Position numbers and translations under genes: made by a program. A model generated the notes under the pieces. The model saw nothing but the letters and a program-made list of their open reading frames with translations. It was not told the DNA's origin and made no database searches. DNA of 64,000 bases from an uncultured Eubacteriales bacterium (GTDB taxonomy: Bacteria; Bacillota; Clostridia; Oscillospirales; CAG-272): contig URDX01000001.1 in the NCBI GenBank assembly GCA_900546695.1, positions 96,614 to 160,613 on the forward strand. The letters run 5' to 3'. Position 1 is the first letter of the stretch. The number at the start of each line of letters is the position of its first letter. Below, in pieces: positions 8,695 to 18,677 of the stretch.

Positions 8695-10035
8695 ATGAAT
8701 CTTATCTACCAGGTCAAAGACAAGCCTAAGTTCGGCGCAAACCTAATATTCGCACTGCAGCAGCTGCTCGCAATTCTTGCAGCTACAATTGCGGTCCCTA
8801 CCATTATCGGTAACGGAATGTCGCAGTCCGCAGCCCTCTTCGGCGCGGGCGTCGGAACCATCGTTTATCTGCTCTTCACCAAGTTCAGAAGCCCCGTGTT
8901 CCTCGGCTCTTCGTTCGCATTTCTCGGCTCTATGTCGGCTGCATTCGCAGGCGCGGCAACCGCAGAGGCAGGCTTTGCAGGCATCATCATCGGTGCCGTA
9001 TTCGCAGGTCTCGTCTACGTTGTCATCGCCCTTATCGTTAAGTTCGCAGGCGTTCGTTGGATAGACAAGCTCATGCCCGCCGTCATCGTCGGACCTACTG
9101 TCGCTATCATCGGTCTTTCGCTCGCAGGCAACGCTGTCGGCGACGCTATCTCCATCGCAAAGACCGACGGCGGAGTGTTCCAGATGGACCTTCACGGCTG
9201 GCTCTGCTTTATCTGCGCGCTGGTGACCCTCGCAGTTGTCACTGTCTGCTCGGTCTACGGCAAGAAGATGGCTAAGCTCATCCCCTTCGTTATCGGTATC
9301 GTAGCAGGCTATCTCGTAGCTACTGTGTTCACCGTAATCGGTAACGCAACCGGAAACGACGCTATGGTCATCATTGATTTCTCCCGCTTTGCAAGCATGC
9401 AGTGGTACCCCGATTTCACCTTCATCAAGGCAGCAAAGGGCCTCAGCGCGATAAACGGTGAGTACATCGCAACCATCGCTGTTGCATATATTCCGGTAGC
9501 ATTCGTCGTATTTGCTGAGCACATCGCCGACCATAAGAACCTCTCCTCCATCATCGGTCAGGAGCTGCTTGAAGAGCCCGGTCTCCACCGTACACTGCTC
9601 GGAGACGGCATAGGCTCTATGGCAGGCGCATTCTTCGGCGGCTGCCCGAACACCACCTACGGCGAGTCGGTCGGCTGCGTCGCAATTACAGGAAACGCTT
9701 CCGTTTATACCATCCTTACAACCGCTATCCTCGCTATCATCGCTTCCTTCCTCGCACCCTTCGTTACCTTCCTCGCAACTATCCCCTCCTGCGTAATGGG
9801 CGGTGTCTGCATCACACTCTACGGCTTCATCGCAGTGTCGGGTCTTAAGATGATTCAGAAGGTCGACCTCGGCGATAACCACAACCTCTTCGTTGTGTCG
9901 GTAATTCTCATCACGGGTATCGGCGGAATGTCTATCGGTATCGGTCCTGTCACCATTACCGAGGTCGCTTCCGCACTTATCCTCGGAATCCTCACTAACC
10001 TCCTCCTCTCCCGTAAGAAGAAGGACGAGAACTGA
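8695..10035 (+). CDS. pyrP: Uracil permease (NCS2 family)
   Basis: 446-aa polytopic membrane protein immediately downstream of pyrR. NCS2-like motifs are present (..FAEHIADHKNLS.., GCPNTTYGESVG). GGAGG RBS upstream. Confidence 0.85.
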   Translation: MNLIYQVKDKPKFGANLIFALQQLLAILAATIAVPTIIGNGMSQSAALFGAGVGTIVYLLFTKFRSPVFLGSSFAFLGSMSAAFAGAATAEAGFAGIIIGAVFAGLVYVVIALIVKFAGVRWIDKLMPAVIVGPTVAIIGLSLAGNAVGDAISIAKTDGGVFQMDLHGWLCFICALVTLAVVTVCSVYGKKMAKLIPFVIGIVAGYLVATVFTVIGNATGNDAMVIIDFSRFASMQWYPDFTFIKAAKGLSAINGEYIATIAVAYIPVAFVVFAEHIADHKNLSSIIGQELLEEPGLHRTLLGDGIGSMAGAFFGGCPNTTYGESVGCVAITGNASVYTILTTAILAIIASFLAPFVTFLATIPSCVMGGVCITLYGFIAVSGLKMIQKVDLGDNHNLFVVSVILITGIGGMSIGIGPVTITEVASALILGILTNLLLSRKKKDEN

Positions 10036-10144
10036 TCTGCATTTCCTGAAGAAGACGGGCGAGAACTAATCTCCTCTCCCGTAAGAAGAGGGACGATATC
10101 CCCCGCGGCTCCCGCCGCATGATACTGTAAATACCTTTCGTTTT

Positions 10145-10186
10145 CCCCCCGCGTGCTCGCTATCGCGAGCCGCGGGGGATTTTTTC
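10145..10186 (+). terminator. Rho-independent terminator of pyrR-pyrP
   Basis: CCCCCCGCGTGCTCGC-TAT-CGCGAGCCGCGGGGG hairpin followed by ATTTTTT. Confidence 0.75.
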
Positions 10187-10291
10187 GCTTGTCGGGTAGA
10201 TAGCCAGCTGACAGTTTGCTGACATTCTCTGCTGCCATGCCTTCATTGGGCTTTTACCGCGAAGTTGTAATAACCATATGCAACACCCGGC

Positions 10292-10327
10292 ACGCAAAAG
10301 ACACAGCCCGCGAATACTCGCGGGCTG
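10292..10327 (-). terminator. Rho-independent terminator of giant protein A (part of the duplicated cassette)
   Basis: On the minus strand: CAGCCCGCGAGTATTCGCGGGCTG hairpin followed by TGTCTTTTG. The same hairpin recurs at 14846-14869. Coordinates +/-1. Confidence 0.7.
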
Positions 10328-11283
10328 CAGAGGTTGGTTATTCAGATAATTCCAATGTCGGAATTAATCAGCGGTATGCGTAAGCAGCTGCTGCTCTGCC
10401 GTACTGCATCATTGCAGCAAGGAAGTCGGTATACTGCGGATATGCAGCATATGCAGATGCCATAGACTCTATGGAGTTAACTATTGTCTTGTCGCTGATG
10501 AGCGTTCCGTCAAGAGTATATACATTGATCTCAAGCTCCTCGCTCAGGTTCTGAGCAAATACGCCGACGACAACGTAGTATCTCGAGCGAGCGGTATCAT
10601 ATACAATGTCCTTTCCGCTAAACTCGCCCAAAAGCTCTCCGTTTTCCTTATACTTAACTACTACCTTGATGTTCTCGGTATTATACTGAGAATCGTCAAT
10701 GGTAAAGTTGTACTTGAAGGAGATAGAATCATCACAGTAAAGCTGTCTTGCCTTATAGGTTATTCCGGAAGCTCCCTCGTTAACATTCTTGCTGAACGTA
10801 TTCTTATAGTCGGTGTTTGCAGGAAGTCTGAGTGCCTTCATGGCATCCGTAAGATTTGCATTTGCAAGTGCATCGGTGCTGTAATCCTTGAACTGCTGTG
10901 CAGCTGCTATATAGTCAAGGAGATGCACCATAAGTCTGTTAAGCGATGTATCTGTGCTTCTGCCAAGCATCGTGTAGAGATAGGAAGTTATATTAGCGGT
11001 ATAAACTGCGGTGCTCTCATAAGTAACGCCATCCTTTACACCGTAAACATATACATCAACATCGTCAACTGCGCACTGAGGAGTAGAGCCGTATGCAAAT
11101 ACATATCTGTCTTTGCTTGCCTCATAAGAATATTCGGTTACGATCTTCTCAACATCGCCCAAGTTTTCTTTACGATGCTCAACAAACTTTACATAGAGGC
11201 TGTCGTATGCTGCTACATCCGCCTTGTTAATCTTTGCATTGATGTTGAGGACATCCATAAGGGTTACAGAGTAGGTTGCTACC
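10304..11283. repeat. 980-bp direct repeat, copy A (last ~305 codons + 3' UTR + terminator of protein A)
   Basis: The sense translation (NELGICA..VATYSVTLMDVLNINAK...YGRAAAAYAYR) is identical to copy B. The antisense ORF (10923.. vs 15465.., identical for about 120 aa) is also identical. Identity in two reading frames implies near-perfect nucleotide identity. The offset between copies is 4542 bp. Identity ends at ...GGTTGCTACC. Confidence 0.9.
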
Positions 11284-14200
11284 AAAAGCTTAACATTCGC
11301 TCCGCAATCAGCGCAGATTCCAAGCTCGTTGGTGTTATGTGCGATTACGCCGCTTACAGCACCGCAGGTCTTACATGTTCCGATATGACCTGCTTTATAT
11401 GCTGAGTTCTTCTGTGTAGGATCGCAAGTGTAAACATAGTCATGCACGTGTTCGGGCTCGACCGTTACGGTCCAAGTCTCGGGCTGTGTTATATCAATCG
11501 CCGTTTCTACGCCGCTTGCTTTACTCTTAAGCACAACATCAAAGCCTACCGAATATTCGCCCGCGGAAGTACCTTCCTTTACCTTAAGCTCGCATTCAAG
11601 GATATCCCCGCTTACGTCGGCGGTCTCTGCGGCAAATGCCGCAACGGCAATACCGCCCGATGTATCGGAAATAGATGTCCCGCTGATAAGCCAGCGCATG
11701 GAAACAATCTCAAAAAACAAGCTGTCGAAAACAGGCTTTACTCTAAGCGACTTAAGCGACGTGCAATCGGAAAGCGAGAGAGTAAATGTAAGCGTATCAC
11801 CCGCCTTGAGCGCACCGGATTCGGTATAAACACTGAGCGAGGGCTTTTCCTTTGCACCGCAGCGCGTACATACACCGTCGGTACCGTAGCTATGCCCGAG
11901 CGCGGGGGTGTTTCTTTCATCCTTCCTGCTGCATACGGAGCAGGAATATGTATTGCTTCCGGCTTGCGTACATGTCGCTGCCACCGACGACGAAAGTACA
12001 TAGCTGTGAGCAGTCATCGGTATAGTGACCTCAGATCCCGGCTTTATTTCATCACATCCGCTGCAATGAATACTCTTGCTGCCGGTCTGAGTGCAGGTTG
12101 CAGGAACATCCACGGTATAATCGGTCTGCCATATATGCGTATGCTTTTCGTAGGAATCGCCGAGCGTAACGGTCGCATCGAAATCCGCACCGTTGTCCTT
12201 AGCGTATATATTTCCGAACCGATAAAAATTATAGTTGCCTGATACAAAGTCATTTGCGCCGAGCGCGACCGACACTGTATCGCCCTGCTTATATCCCGGA
12301 GCATATATTCTTGCCTCAACGACATAGCCGTCACCGCCCGGATTCAGCGAATATGCATATTCGGTTGACGGGGTATCTGTCCCGTAGGCGGCAAAGTTCG
12401 AACCGTATCCGCCGGAAGAGCCGGTTGCATACGCATAGCCGTTTGTGGCGTTGAGGAGCACCTCCACGGAGCTGCCGGGCCAATCCGCGCCGTCCCAGAC
12501 CGAGACAAATGCATTATTATTCCTGTGTGCATTCTTTTCGGTAATTTCGGTCATCGGCGTCAGCGTCGAATCATGAACCGTAACATAGGCGTAGATATAA
12601 TCGGAATCGTACAGAAAATATGCTGCCGCCCACATGTCACCGGTATATTTATTGCGAAGGTTATCGGAAAGGGGCTTTCCGGTCAGCGCATGCTTTATGT
12701 CGGTATTATTCATTATTACACCGCAGGAAGCTTTATAAGCATCGTCGAGCTTTCCGTCTATTACGGGCGTATGCCGCAGCATCTGCTCGGAACCGAAGCT
12801 TATATTCGCGTTATTCTTTTCGTTTGCCGCGACAGCGTTCGCTTCGGTCTCCGTAGCGCAGAAAATAAGAGATTTAACATAAAGCCGGTCACCGATGCTC
12901 GCCTCATCAAAGAAATCCCACCGCATTGCATTCACGGTGCCACTCCATTTACTCAGCCCCGACAGATCAATTACGGTGCTTTGATAAGAGTCGTTCTGCG
13001 GAAGATCGACCGTCACGGTGCACTCGGGAGAAGCAGCGGTGATACTGCCGGCACACGGGAAGAAGCTTGCTTTGACCGCCTTATCAGAGTTAGAGGTCGG
13101 ATTCTTATAGGTAAGAACGGCATATTTACAGTCGTCGGCAGAAAAAGATACCGAACTCTTTGAATAGTTAATATAGAAATACGGATCATAGTCGGTCACG
13201 GTATTTATCTCAAGCGCATTTTCGGTTTCGCTGTAGCCGAGACTGACGAGCTTTTCAGCCTTGAGCGGGGTCTGCTGCAGGAAATATTTCATCATTTCGG
13301 AAGAGGTGAAGCGCAGCTTGGAGAGATCGTCATTATAGGTTGGCTGCGGGGTGAAACTGCCCTGTGCTTCACGCTCGGGTCCGTGAGACAAAATTATTGC
13401 ATTGACTACCGCGCGCTCGCTTCCGTCGCTCGGTGTACCCTGTAGCTTATACGAGCCGCTGTCGAGCGTAACCATCGTTGCCGAGCCGCCGCCGTCAAGA
13501 AGAAATGCATTTACTATATCAAGCTCCTTGCAGAGCGCAGGCATATCGGCAATGGGGAAGTATTTTGATGAGGATGTACTTGATACGCTGTCGAGCGTGA
13601 GAAATTTTATGCTGCCGGTTGAGGTGTATCCGATAATTGATGTTGCATACAGATTATTAAGTCCCGAGTTAAAAGCCTCGCCGTCTATAACGAGCGGAAT
13701 ATGGCCGCCGACACCCTCGGCTATACGGTGCAGAAGATCTGTATAATGACCCCATTTATCATATGTATTGACGGATACAGTGACAGTGTCTCCGACAGCA
13801 TAGGACGATAGCTTTGATATCTGAGCCGCGCCGCGAGCAGTGAGAATAAGACGGTTCTGCTTCATAGTCGGATTGCCGCTGTCGCTCGGCCCGTAAATAC
13901 CGCTGACCGTTCCGGTAATATTGCAGCCGTGAGCCACCTTATAATCATACGGAACATCAATAACCACCTCATATGCATCATCAAGAGCATAATTGTTAAG
14001 GCAGCCCTTATCGGTATACACAACGGTAGCCCCCTCAACCGGCAGTCGGTTAAGTGCCTCGGTATAAAGCTCGGTTTTACGGGTTGAATTGGTAACCGTA
14101 ATTCCCGTTCCGGGATTGCACATAAACGGAACATAATCATCGGTAACACCGAAGGTATAAAAATCGCTCTCATACGGAGTCTCCTCAGGTATGCACGCGG

Positions 14201-14705
14201 AGGTAATTATCTCGCCGTCACTTACATTAAAGCCGCGCGGCAATGTAAGCGTCTTTTTGACTACGGGTCCGTAAACAACGCCGTTATATTTGGTATCCTT
14301 AGTTCTTGAATGACAATAGTTTACCATCCAAAGATCACCGTTTATTGCAGCAATCGCAGTTTTACCCTCTCCGTTTTTGCTGTTAAAATTTGAAAGTATC
14401 TTTGATGTCTGCAAGAGCTGATTGGAATACGCACCGGCGCTCACAACATCGAGATAAAGATCCCGCTGTGAAAGGTCAAATTCAACAACGCTGAAATCCT
14501 TTGCCCCGTATGTAGAACTCGACGGAAGCTCGTAATAGTCGTAGCTTACGCCGTCGTACAGAGTTTTGGATGCTTTCGGAGATGTCCCCAAGACCGTCCC
14601 GGCGGCAGCACTCAGCGATACAGAAAAAGAAAGCGCTGATCCCGATACTACGGTTGCCGCTGAAATTAACCAAGCCGTTATTCTACTGCTGACTTTTGTT
14701 TTCAT
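10368..14705 (-). CDS. Giant secreted multidomain protein A: phosphodiester glycosidase (NAGPA/DUF2233-like) domain, CBM9-like module, Cys-rich repeats, cohesin-like module, shared C-terminal cassette
   Basis: 1445 aa. Signal peptide MKTKVSSRITAWLISAATVVSGSALSFSVSLSAAAG. AIAAINGDLWMV ... NAFLLDGGGSATMV is typical of phosphodiester glycosidase family proteins. PVIDGKLDDAYKAS...AAYFLYDSDYIYAYVTV is CBM9-like. TCTQTGSKSIHCSGCDE-type Cys modules are present. GDTLTFTLSLSD..LKSLRVKPVFDSLFFEIVS is cohesin-like. Confidence 0.85.
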   Translation of the reverse strand: MKTKVSSRITAWLISAATVVSGSALSFSVSLSAAAGTVLGTSPKASKTLYDGVSYDYYELPSSSTYGAKDFSVVEFDLSQRDLYLDVVSAGAYSNQLLQTSKILSNFNSKNGEGKTAIAAINGDLWMVNYCHSRTKDTKYNGVVYGPVVKKTLTLPRGFNVSDGEIITSACIPEETPYESDFYTFGVTDDYVPFMCNPGTGITVTNSTRKTELYTEALNRLPVEGATVVYTDKGCLNNYALDDAYEVVIDVPYDYKVAHGCNITGTVSGIYGPSDSGNPTMKQNRLILTARGAAQISKLSSYAVGDTVTVSVNTYDKWGHYTDLLHRIAEGVGGHIPLVIDGEAFNSGLNNLYATSIIGYTSTGSIKFLTLDSVSSTSSSKYFPIADMPALCKELDIVNAFLLDGGGSATMVTLDSGSYKLQGTPSDGSERAVVNAIILSHGPEREAQGSFTPQPTYNDDLSKLRFTSSEMMKYFLQQTPLKAEKLVSLGYSETENALEINTVTDYDPYFYINYSKSSVSFSADDCKYAVLTYKNPTSNSDKAVKASFFPCAGSITAASPECTVTVDLPQNDSYQSTVIDLSGLSKWSGTVNAMRWDFFDEASIGDRLYVKSLIFCATETEANAVAANEKNNANISFGSEQMLRHTPVIDGKLDDAYKASCGVIMNNTDIKHALTGKPLSDNLRNKYTGDMWAAAYFLYDSDYIYAYVTVHDSTLTPMTEITEKNAHRNNNAFVSVWDGADWPGSSVEVLLNATNGYAYATGSSGGYGSNFAAYGTDTPSTEYAYSLNPGGDGYVVEARIYAPGYKQGDTVSVALGANDFVSGNYNFYRFGNIYAKDNGADFDATVTLGDSYEKHTHIWQTDYTVDVPATCTQTGSKSIHCSGCDEIKPGSEVTIPMTAHSYVLSSSVAATCTQAGSNTYSCSVCSRKDERNTPALGHSYGTDGVCTRCGAKEKPSLSVYTESGALKAGDTLTFTLSLSDCTSLKSLRVKPVFDSLFFEIVSMRWLISGTSISDTSGGIAVAAFAAETADVSGDILECELKVKEGTSAGEYSVGFDVVLKSKASGVETAIDITQPETWTVTVEPEHVHDYVYTCDPTQKNSAYKAGHIGTCKTCGAVSGVIAHNTNELGICADCGANVKLLVATYSVTLMDVLNINAKINKADVAAYDSLYVKFVEHRKENLGDVEKIVTEYSYEASKDRYVFAYGSTPQCAVDDVDVYVYGVKDGVTYESTAVYTANITSYLYTMLGRSTDTSLNRLMVHLLDYIAAAQQFKDYSTDALANANLTDAMKALRLPANTDYKNTFSKNVNEGASGITYKARQLYCDDSISFKYNFTIDDSQYNTENIKVVVKYKENGELLGEFSGKDIVYDTARSRYYVVVGVFAQNLSEELEINVYTLDGTLISDKTIVNSIESMASAYAAYPQYTDFLAAMMQYGRAAAAYAYR

Positions 14706-14834
14706 ACCGTGTCCAACCTTTACAATATCGTTATATTTTTTACGATAGTTATAACTTGTTATGTCTATTATATCATTTTCTCACGCAAAGTCAATAGTTA
14801 TGGGGCGCGCAAAAGCGTTTTTGACGTCATTTAG

Positions 14835-14869
14835 ACTAAAAAGTGCAGCCCGCGAATACTCGCGGGCTG
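14835..14869 (-). terminator. Rho-independent terminator of giant protein B (part of the duplicated cassette)
   Basis: On the minus strand: CAGCCCGCGAGTATTCGCGGGCTG hairpin followed by CACTTTTTAGTC. Confidence 0.75.
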
Positions 14870-15825
14870 CAGAGGTTGGTTATTCAGATAATTCCAATGT
14901 CGGAATTAATCAGCGGTATGCGTAAGCAGCTGCTGCTCTGCCGTACTGCATCATTGCAGCAAGGAAGTCGGTATACTGCGGATATGCAGCATATGCAGAT
15001 GCCATAGACTCTATGGAGTTAACTATTGTCTTGTCGCTGATGAGCGTTCCGTCAAGAGTATATACATTGATCTCAAGCTCCTCGCTCAGGTTCTGAGCAA
15101 ATACGCCGACGACAACGTAGTATCTCGAGCGAGCGGTATCATATACAATGTCCTTTCCGCTAAACTCGCCCAAAAGCTCTCCGTTTTCCTTATACTTAAC
15201 TACTACCTTGATGTTCTCGGTATTATACTGAGAATCGTCAATGGTAAAGTTGTACTTGAAGGAGATAGAATCATCACAGTAAAGCTGTCTTGCCTTATAG
15301 GTTATTCCGGAAGCTCCCTCGTTAACATTCTTGCTGAACGTATTCTTATAGTCGGTGTTTGCAGGAAGTCTGAGTGCCTTCATGGCATCCGTAAGATTTG
15401 CATTTGCAAGTGCATCGGTGCTGTAATCCTTGAACTGCTGTGCAGCTGCTATATAGTCAAGGAGATGCACCATAAGTCTGTTAAGCGATGTATCTGTGCT
15501 TCTGCCAAGCATCGTGTAGAGATAGGAAGTTATATTAGCGGTATAAACTGCGGTGCTCTCATAAGTAACGCCATCCTTTACACCGTAAACATATACATCA
15601 ACATCGTCAACTGCGCACTGAGGAGTAGAGCCGTATGCAAATACATATCTGTCTTTGCTTGCCTCATAAGAATATTCGGTTACGATCTTCTCAACATCGC
15701 CCAAGTTTTCTTTACGATGCTCAACAAACTTTACATAGAGGCTGTCGTATGCTGCTACATCCGCCTTGTTAATCTTTGCATTGATGTTGAGGACATCCAT
15801 AAGGGTTACAGAGTAGGTTGCTACC
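14846..15825. repeat. 980-bp direct repeat, copy B
   Basis: See copy A. Upstream of 15825 / 11283 the two genes are still homologous (NELGICANCGDNKSLK vs NELGICADCGANVKLL) but diverged. Confidence 0.9.
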
Positions 15826-18677
15826 TTAAGACTCTTGTTATCGCCGCAATTAGCACATATACCAAGTTCATTGTAGTTATGTCCGAGTGCAGGAACGACT
15901 ATATCGCCCGATTCAGACTCTTCACCCGGATTGTCGCAACCGCTTCTCTTGCAGTACTTGGTATATGCTCTACCTTCATCCGTGCAAGTAGGCTCAGTCT
16001 TGAATTCGTACTCCCAGTCGTGACCGAGAGCGGGGATCTCTACTGCAGTACCATCCTTGATGGCGCCGCAGACGGTGCACTTTTCTGCAGATGTGCCTGC
16101 AACCTCGCAGGTAGCCTCTACAGTTACGGTGCGCTTGTAGTCATGATCGAGCATAGCGACATCCTGCGCAGAGCCTTCAACCTCAGCGCCGCAAACGGTG
16201 CACTTTTCAACAGAAGTACCAACTGCAGTGCAGGTAGGCTCAACAGTGGTTACGCGCTCAGTATTGACACAGCCACCAAGGCAGCTATCAAGAACAATGT
16301 TGGTAAGAGCGCCATTAAGAACAGCAACCGTCAAATTGCCACCATAATTCTTAAGGTTAATGCCATTTTCCTCGGTTCCGAGACCTATGTTGTATATAGA
16401 ATTTCCAACATAAGCTCTTCCGATATAGTTGTTAGGCGCGTAGCCTTCACCGATGTGAATCTTAAGCTCAACAGCGTTCTTGCTATCGGCAAAAGCATAA
16501 TCGACGCCTGCCTTCGCAATGAGTGTGGCACCGGTATCTACAGAAATATTATCTGCAAACGTAGAAGCGCCATTCTGGTTAAATATGCTGCAAGCGAAAC
16601 TATCCGTTGTCCAAAGATTCTTTGCGGTGAAGTCAAATTTAATCTCAGCTGTATTCGACCAAAACGGTCCAACATTGTCCGTCTTATCAGGATTACCAAT
16701 AGTAAAGTATGCAACATTCTCAGCATCATCAGCTTCAATGTAAACGTAGAAATAATCCTTGTCATATACTACATATGCGGTAGCGCCGTTTACATAATAC
16801 TTAGCGCCGGAGTCATATGCAGCATCCTTGGTTCCGTCAACCGCAGCGGTTACATAAGGAACCTTCGACGGAGCGTTAACATACTCGCCGCATCTCTCAC
16901 ACTTGCCGCTTGTAGTGGTATGACCGAGAGCAGGAGTAGTCTCTACAGTAAAAGGATTGCCGCAAACCGTACATACGCTTGTAACCTTGCCCTGTTCTAC
17001 ACAGGTGGGCTCGGTAGTGGTAAGCTCACCGGCAGTATGTGCAAGCTTCGGAATTTCAGTACGGGAATCTACGCCACCGCACTCAGCATAATCAACACAG
17101 TGGATAGACTTTACGCCCATCTTTGTGCATGTAGGCTTAACATCTATAGTATAATCCGACTCCCAGACATGGGTATGATTATATTTCTGACCGCTAAGTT
17201 CGATAGTTCCGTCAACGGGAGTTTCCCATGCATGACCGATAAAATACGACTTCTGCACGCCACCATACACGTTCAGCGAATAGTCTATTACATCACAAAT
17301 TCCAAGGTTAACAAGATACTTGTTGCCCTCCGCAAGTTTAGTTCCATCAAGAGCATACTCAACGATGTAACCACCATCATAAGTCGAAACTGCATACTTA
17401 GAGTTATTCTTCAAATAATCAGCTGCAGAATTCCACTTTGCTCCAAGGTCATCACCATTCGCTTGCTGTTTGTATGCAAAGGGCTGATATGCATTTATAC
17501 GAATTCCAGCAGCCTCTGTCTGCGTAGCAACATCTCTGAATATTGAAACAATCACTGATTCAGAATAAGTCATGTTGTTACTATCTCCGTACTGATTCCA
17601 TGCATCAGGGAGCAAGCCGCCCGTGGGGTCCTTGACATCAACAGCTACATATATGTTGTCGTTATCCCAAAGGAAATATGCTGTCGCGCCGCTCACCTGC
17701 TGAGGCTCATCGGCATACGATGCTCCACCAGCGTTACTATTGTTAATATTGCTAAGATCAAGATTAATCTGCGCAGACTTCTTGTAAGCGCCCTCAATAT
17801 TACCATCAACCTTAGCAGTCTCCTGAAGAACTATCTTCTGACCGCAAACAGAACAAGTCCCGTCAACGATATCATGAGCAGTCTTCGGAATCGGTGTTAT
17901 ATCGGTAACACCCTTGCATTCAGCATAGTCTACACAGTGACGAGACTTAGAACCTGCCTTAGAGCAGGTGGCGCGTGTGTCCTCAGTAAACTCGTCCTCA
18001 TAGACATGCGTATGCGTAGCACTATATGTCGCACCTAACGTTAAAACAGTGTAACTAGGATGCGCACCCCACTGCCAAAATCCCCAGTAATCGCCTTCTC
18101 CGGCGACGCATGAGCCGTTGACGAAATTACCACTTGCAAAGACAATCTCCTTGTTAAGAGAGGTCTTATTTGCTACTCTCACCTCAGCAGTAAAATCATC
18201 GCCGTTTACTGTAATCTTAAATTCACTCGAGTCAGCAGCACCGGAAGGGATATTAGATCCCATATTCACTTTTCCTTTGGTATCCTGCCACATCTGAACG
18301 TTACCAACAACACCGGATGTAGGATTATGGAACGGTTGAATAATAAAGTTAATTGACTCATTATTTATCGCATCATCATTCAAAGGCGTAATCGTAAGCG
18401 TTTGATTAAGATAGTTGCCGGCAGCCGCAGGCATCGTTCCTTCAACAAAGAGGTAGATATAACTATCATCATACAGGTAGCTGTATGTAACATCCCCTAC
18501 CACCTTCTTGTAGGATGTAGCATAAGCATCATCCTTCACAGCGTCGATAGTAGGCGTATACTTCAGTACTTCATTCGTATCAGCAGCCCCGATGCCGACT
18601 GTGGCAAGCGAAGCTGACTGAAGTACAAACAAAGAAGCGACTACTGTCGAAAGCACTTTTTTGAATGTTCTTTTCAT
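14910..18677 (-). CDS. Giant secreted protein B: three CBM9-like sugar-binding modules, multiple Cys-rich repeats, shared C-terminal cassette
   Basis: The likely start is ATG 18677 (AGGAGA 7 nt upstream), giving the signal peptide MKRTFKKVLSTVVASLFVLQSASLATVGIGAA; the ORF-track start at 18734 is over-extended. CBM9-like segments: TPTIDAVKDDAYATS..YLYDDSYIYLFVEG, VDGNIEGAYKKS..AYFLWDNDNIYVAVDV and AAVDGTKDAAYDSG..YVVYDKDYFYVYIEA. About 6 full and 3 short Cys modules. Confidence 0.85.
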   Translation of the reverse strand: MKRTFKKVLSTVVASLFVLQSASLATVGIGAADTNEVLKYTPTIDAVKDDAYATSYKKVVGDVTYSYLYDDSYIYLFVEGTMPAAAGNYLNQTLTITPLNDDAINNESINFIIQPFHNPTSGVVGNVQMWQDTKGKVNMGSNIPSGAADSSEFKITVNGDDFTAEVRVANKTSLNKEIVFASGNFVNGSCVAGEGDYWGFWQWGAHPSYTVLTLGATYSATHTHVYEDEFTEDTRATCSKAGSKSRHCVDYAECKGVTDITPIPKTAHDIVDGTCSVCGQKIVLQETAKVDGNIEGAYKKSAQINLDLSNINNSNAGGASYADEPQQVSGATAYFLWDNDNIYVAVDVKDPTGGLLPDAWNQYGDSNNMTYSESVIVSIFRDVATQTEAAGIRINAYQPFAYKQQANGDDLGAKWNSAADYLKNNSKYAVSTYDGGYIVEYALDGTKLAEGNKYLVNLGICDVIDYSLNVYGGVQKSYFIGHAWETPVDGTIELSGQKYNHTHVWESDYTIDVKPTCTKMGVKSIHCVDYAECGGVDSRTEIPKLAHTAGELTTTEPTCVEQGKVTSVCTVCGNPFTVETTPALGHTTTSGKCERCGEYVNAPSKVPYVTAAVDGTKDAAYDSGAKYYVNGATAYVVYDKDYFYVYIEADDAENVAYFTIGNPDKTDNVGPFWSNTAEIKFDFTAKNLWTTDSFACSIFNQNGASTFADNISVDTGATLIAKAGVDYAFADSKNAVELKIHIGEGYAPNNYIGRAYVGNSIYNIGLGTEENGINLKNYGGNLTVAVLNGALTNIVLDSCLGGCVNTERVTTVEPTCTAVGTSVEKCTVCGAEVEGSAQDVAMLDHDYKRTVTVEATCEVAGTSAEKCTVCGAIKDGTAVEIPALGHDWEYEFKTEPTCTDEGRAYTKYCKRSGCDNPGEESESGDIVVPALGHNYNELGICANCGDNKSLKVATYSVTLMDVLNINAKINKADVAAYDSLYVKFVEHRKENLGDVEKIVTEYSYEASKDRYVFAYGSTPQCAVDDVDVYVYGVKDGVTYESTAVYTANITSYLYTMLGRSTDTSLNRLMVHLLDYIAAAQQFKDYSTDALANANLTDAMKALRLPANTDYKNTFSKNVNEGASGITYKARQLYCDDSISFKYNFTIDDSQYNTENIKVVVKYKENGELLGEFSGKDIVYDTARSRYYVVVGVFAQNLSEELEINVYTLDGTLISDKTIVNSIESMASAYAAYPQYTDFLAAMMQYGRAAAAYAYR

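Noticed and set aside
8743-9882. 379-aa minus-strand ORF
   Set aside because: It is antisense to the uracil permease gene. The translation is acidic and Cys-rich, unlike any family, and there is no start context.
15465-17546. 693-aa ORF on the plus strand (and its 160-aa twin at 10923-11405)
   Set aside because: It is antisense to giant proteins B and A. The translation is Ile/Cys/Asn/Leu-rich nonsense with no RBS. I used it only as a second-frame witness that the two repeat copies are identical.
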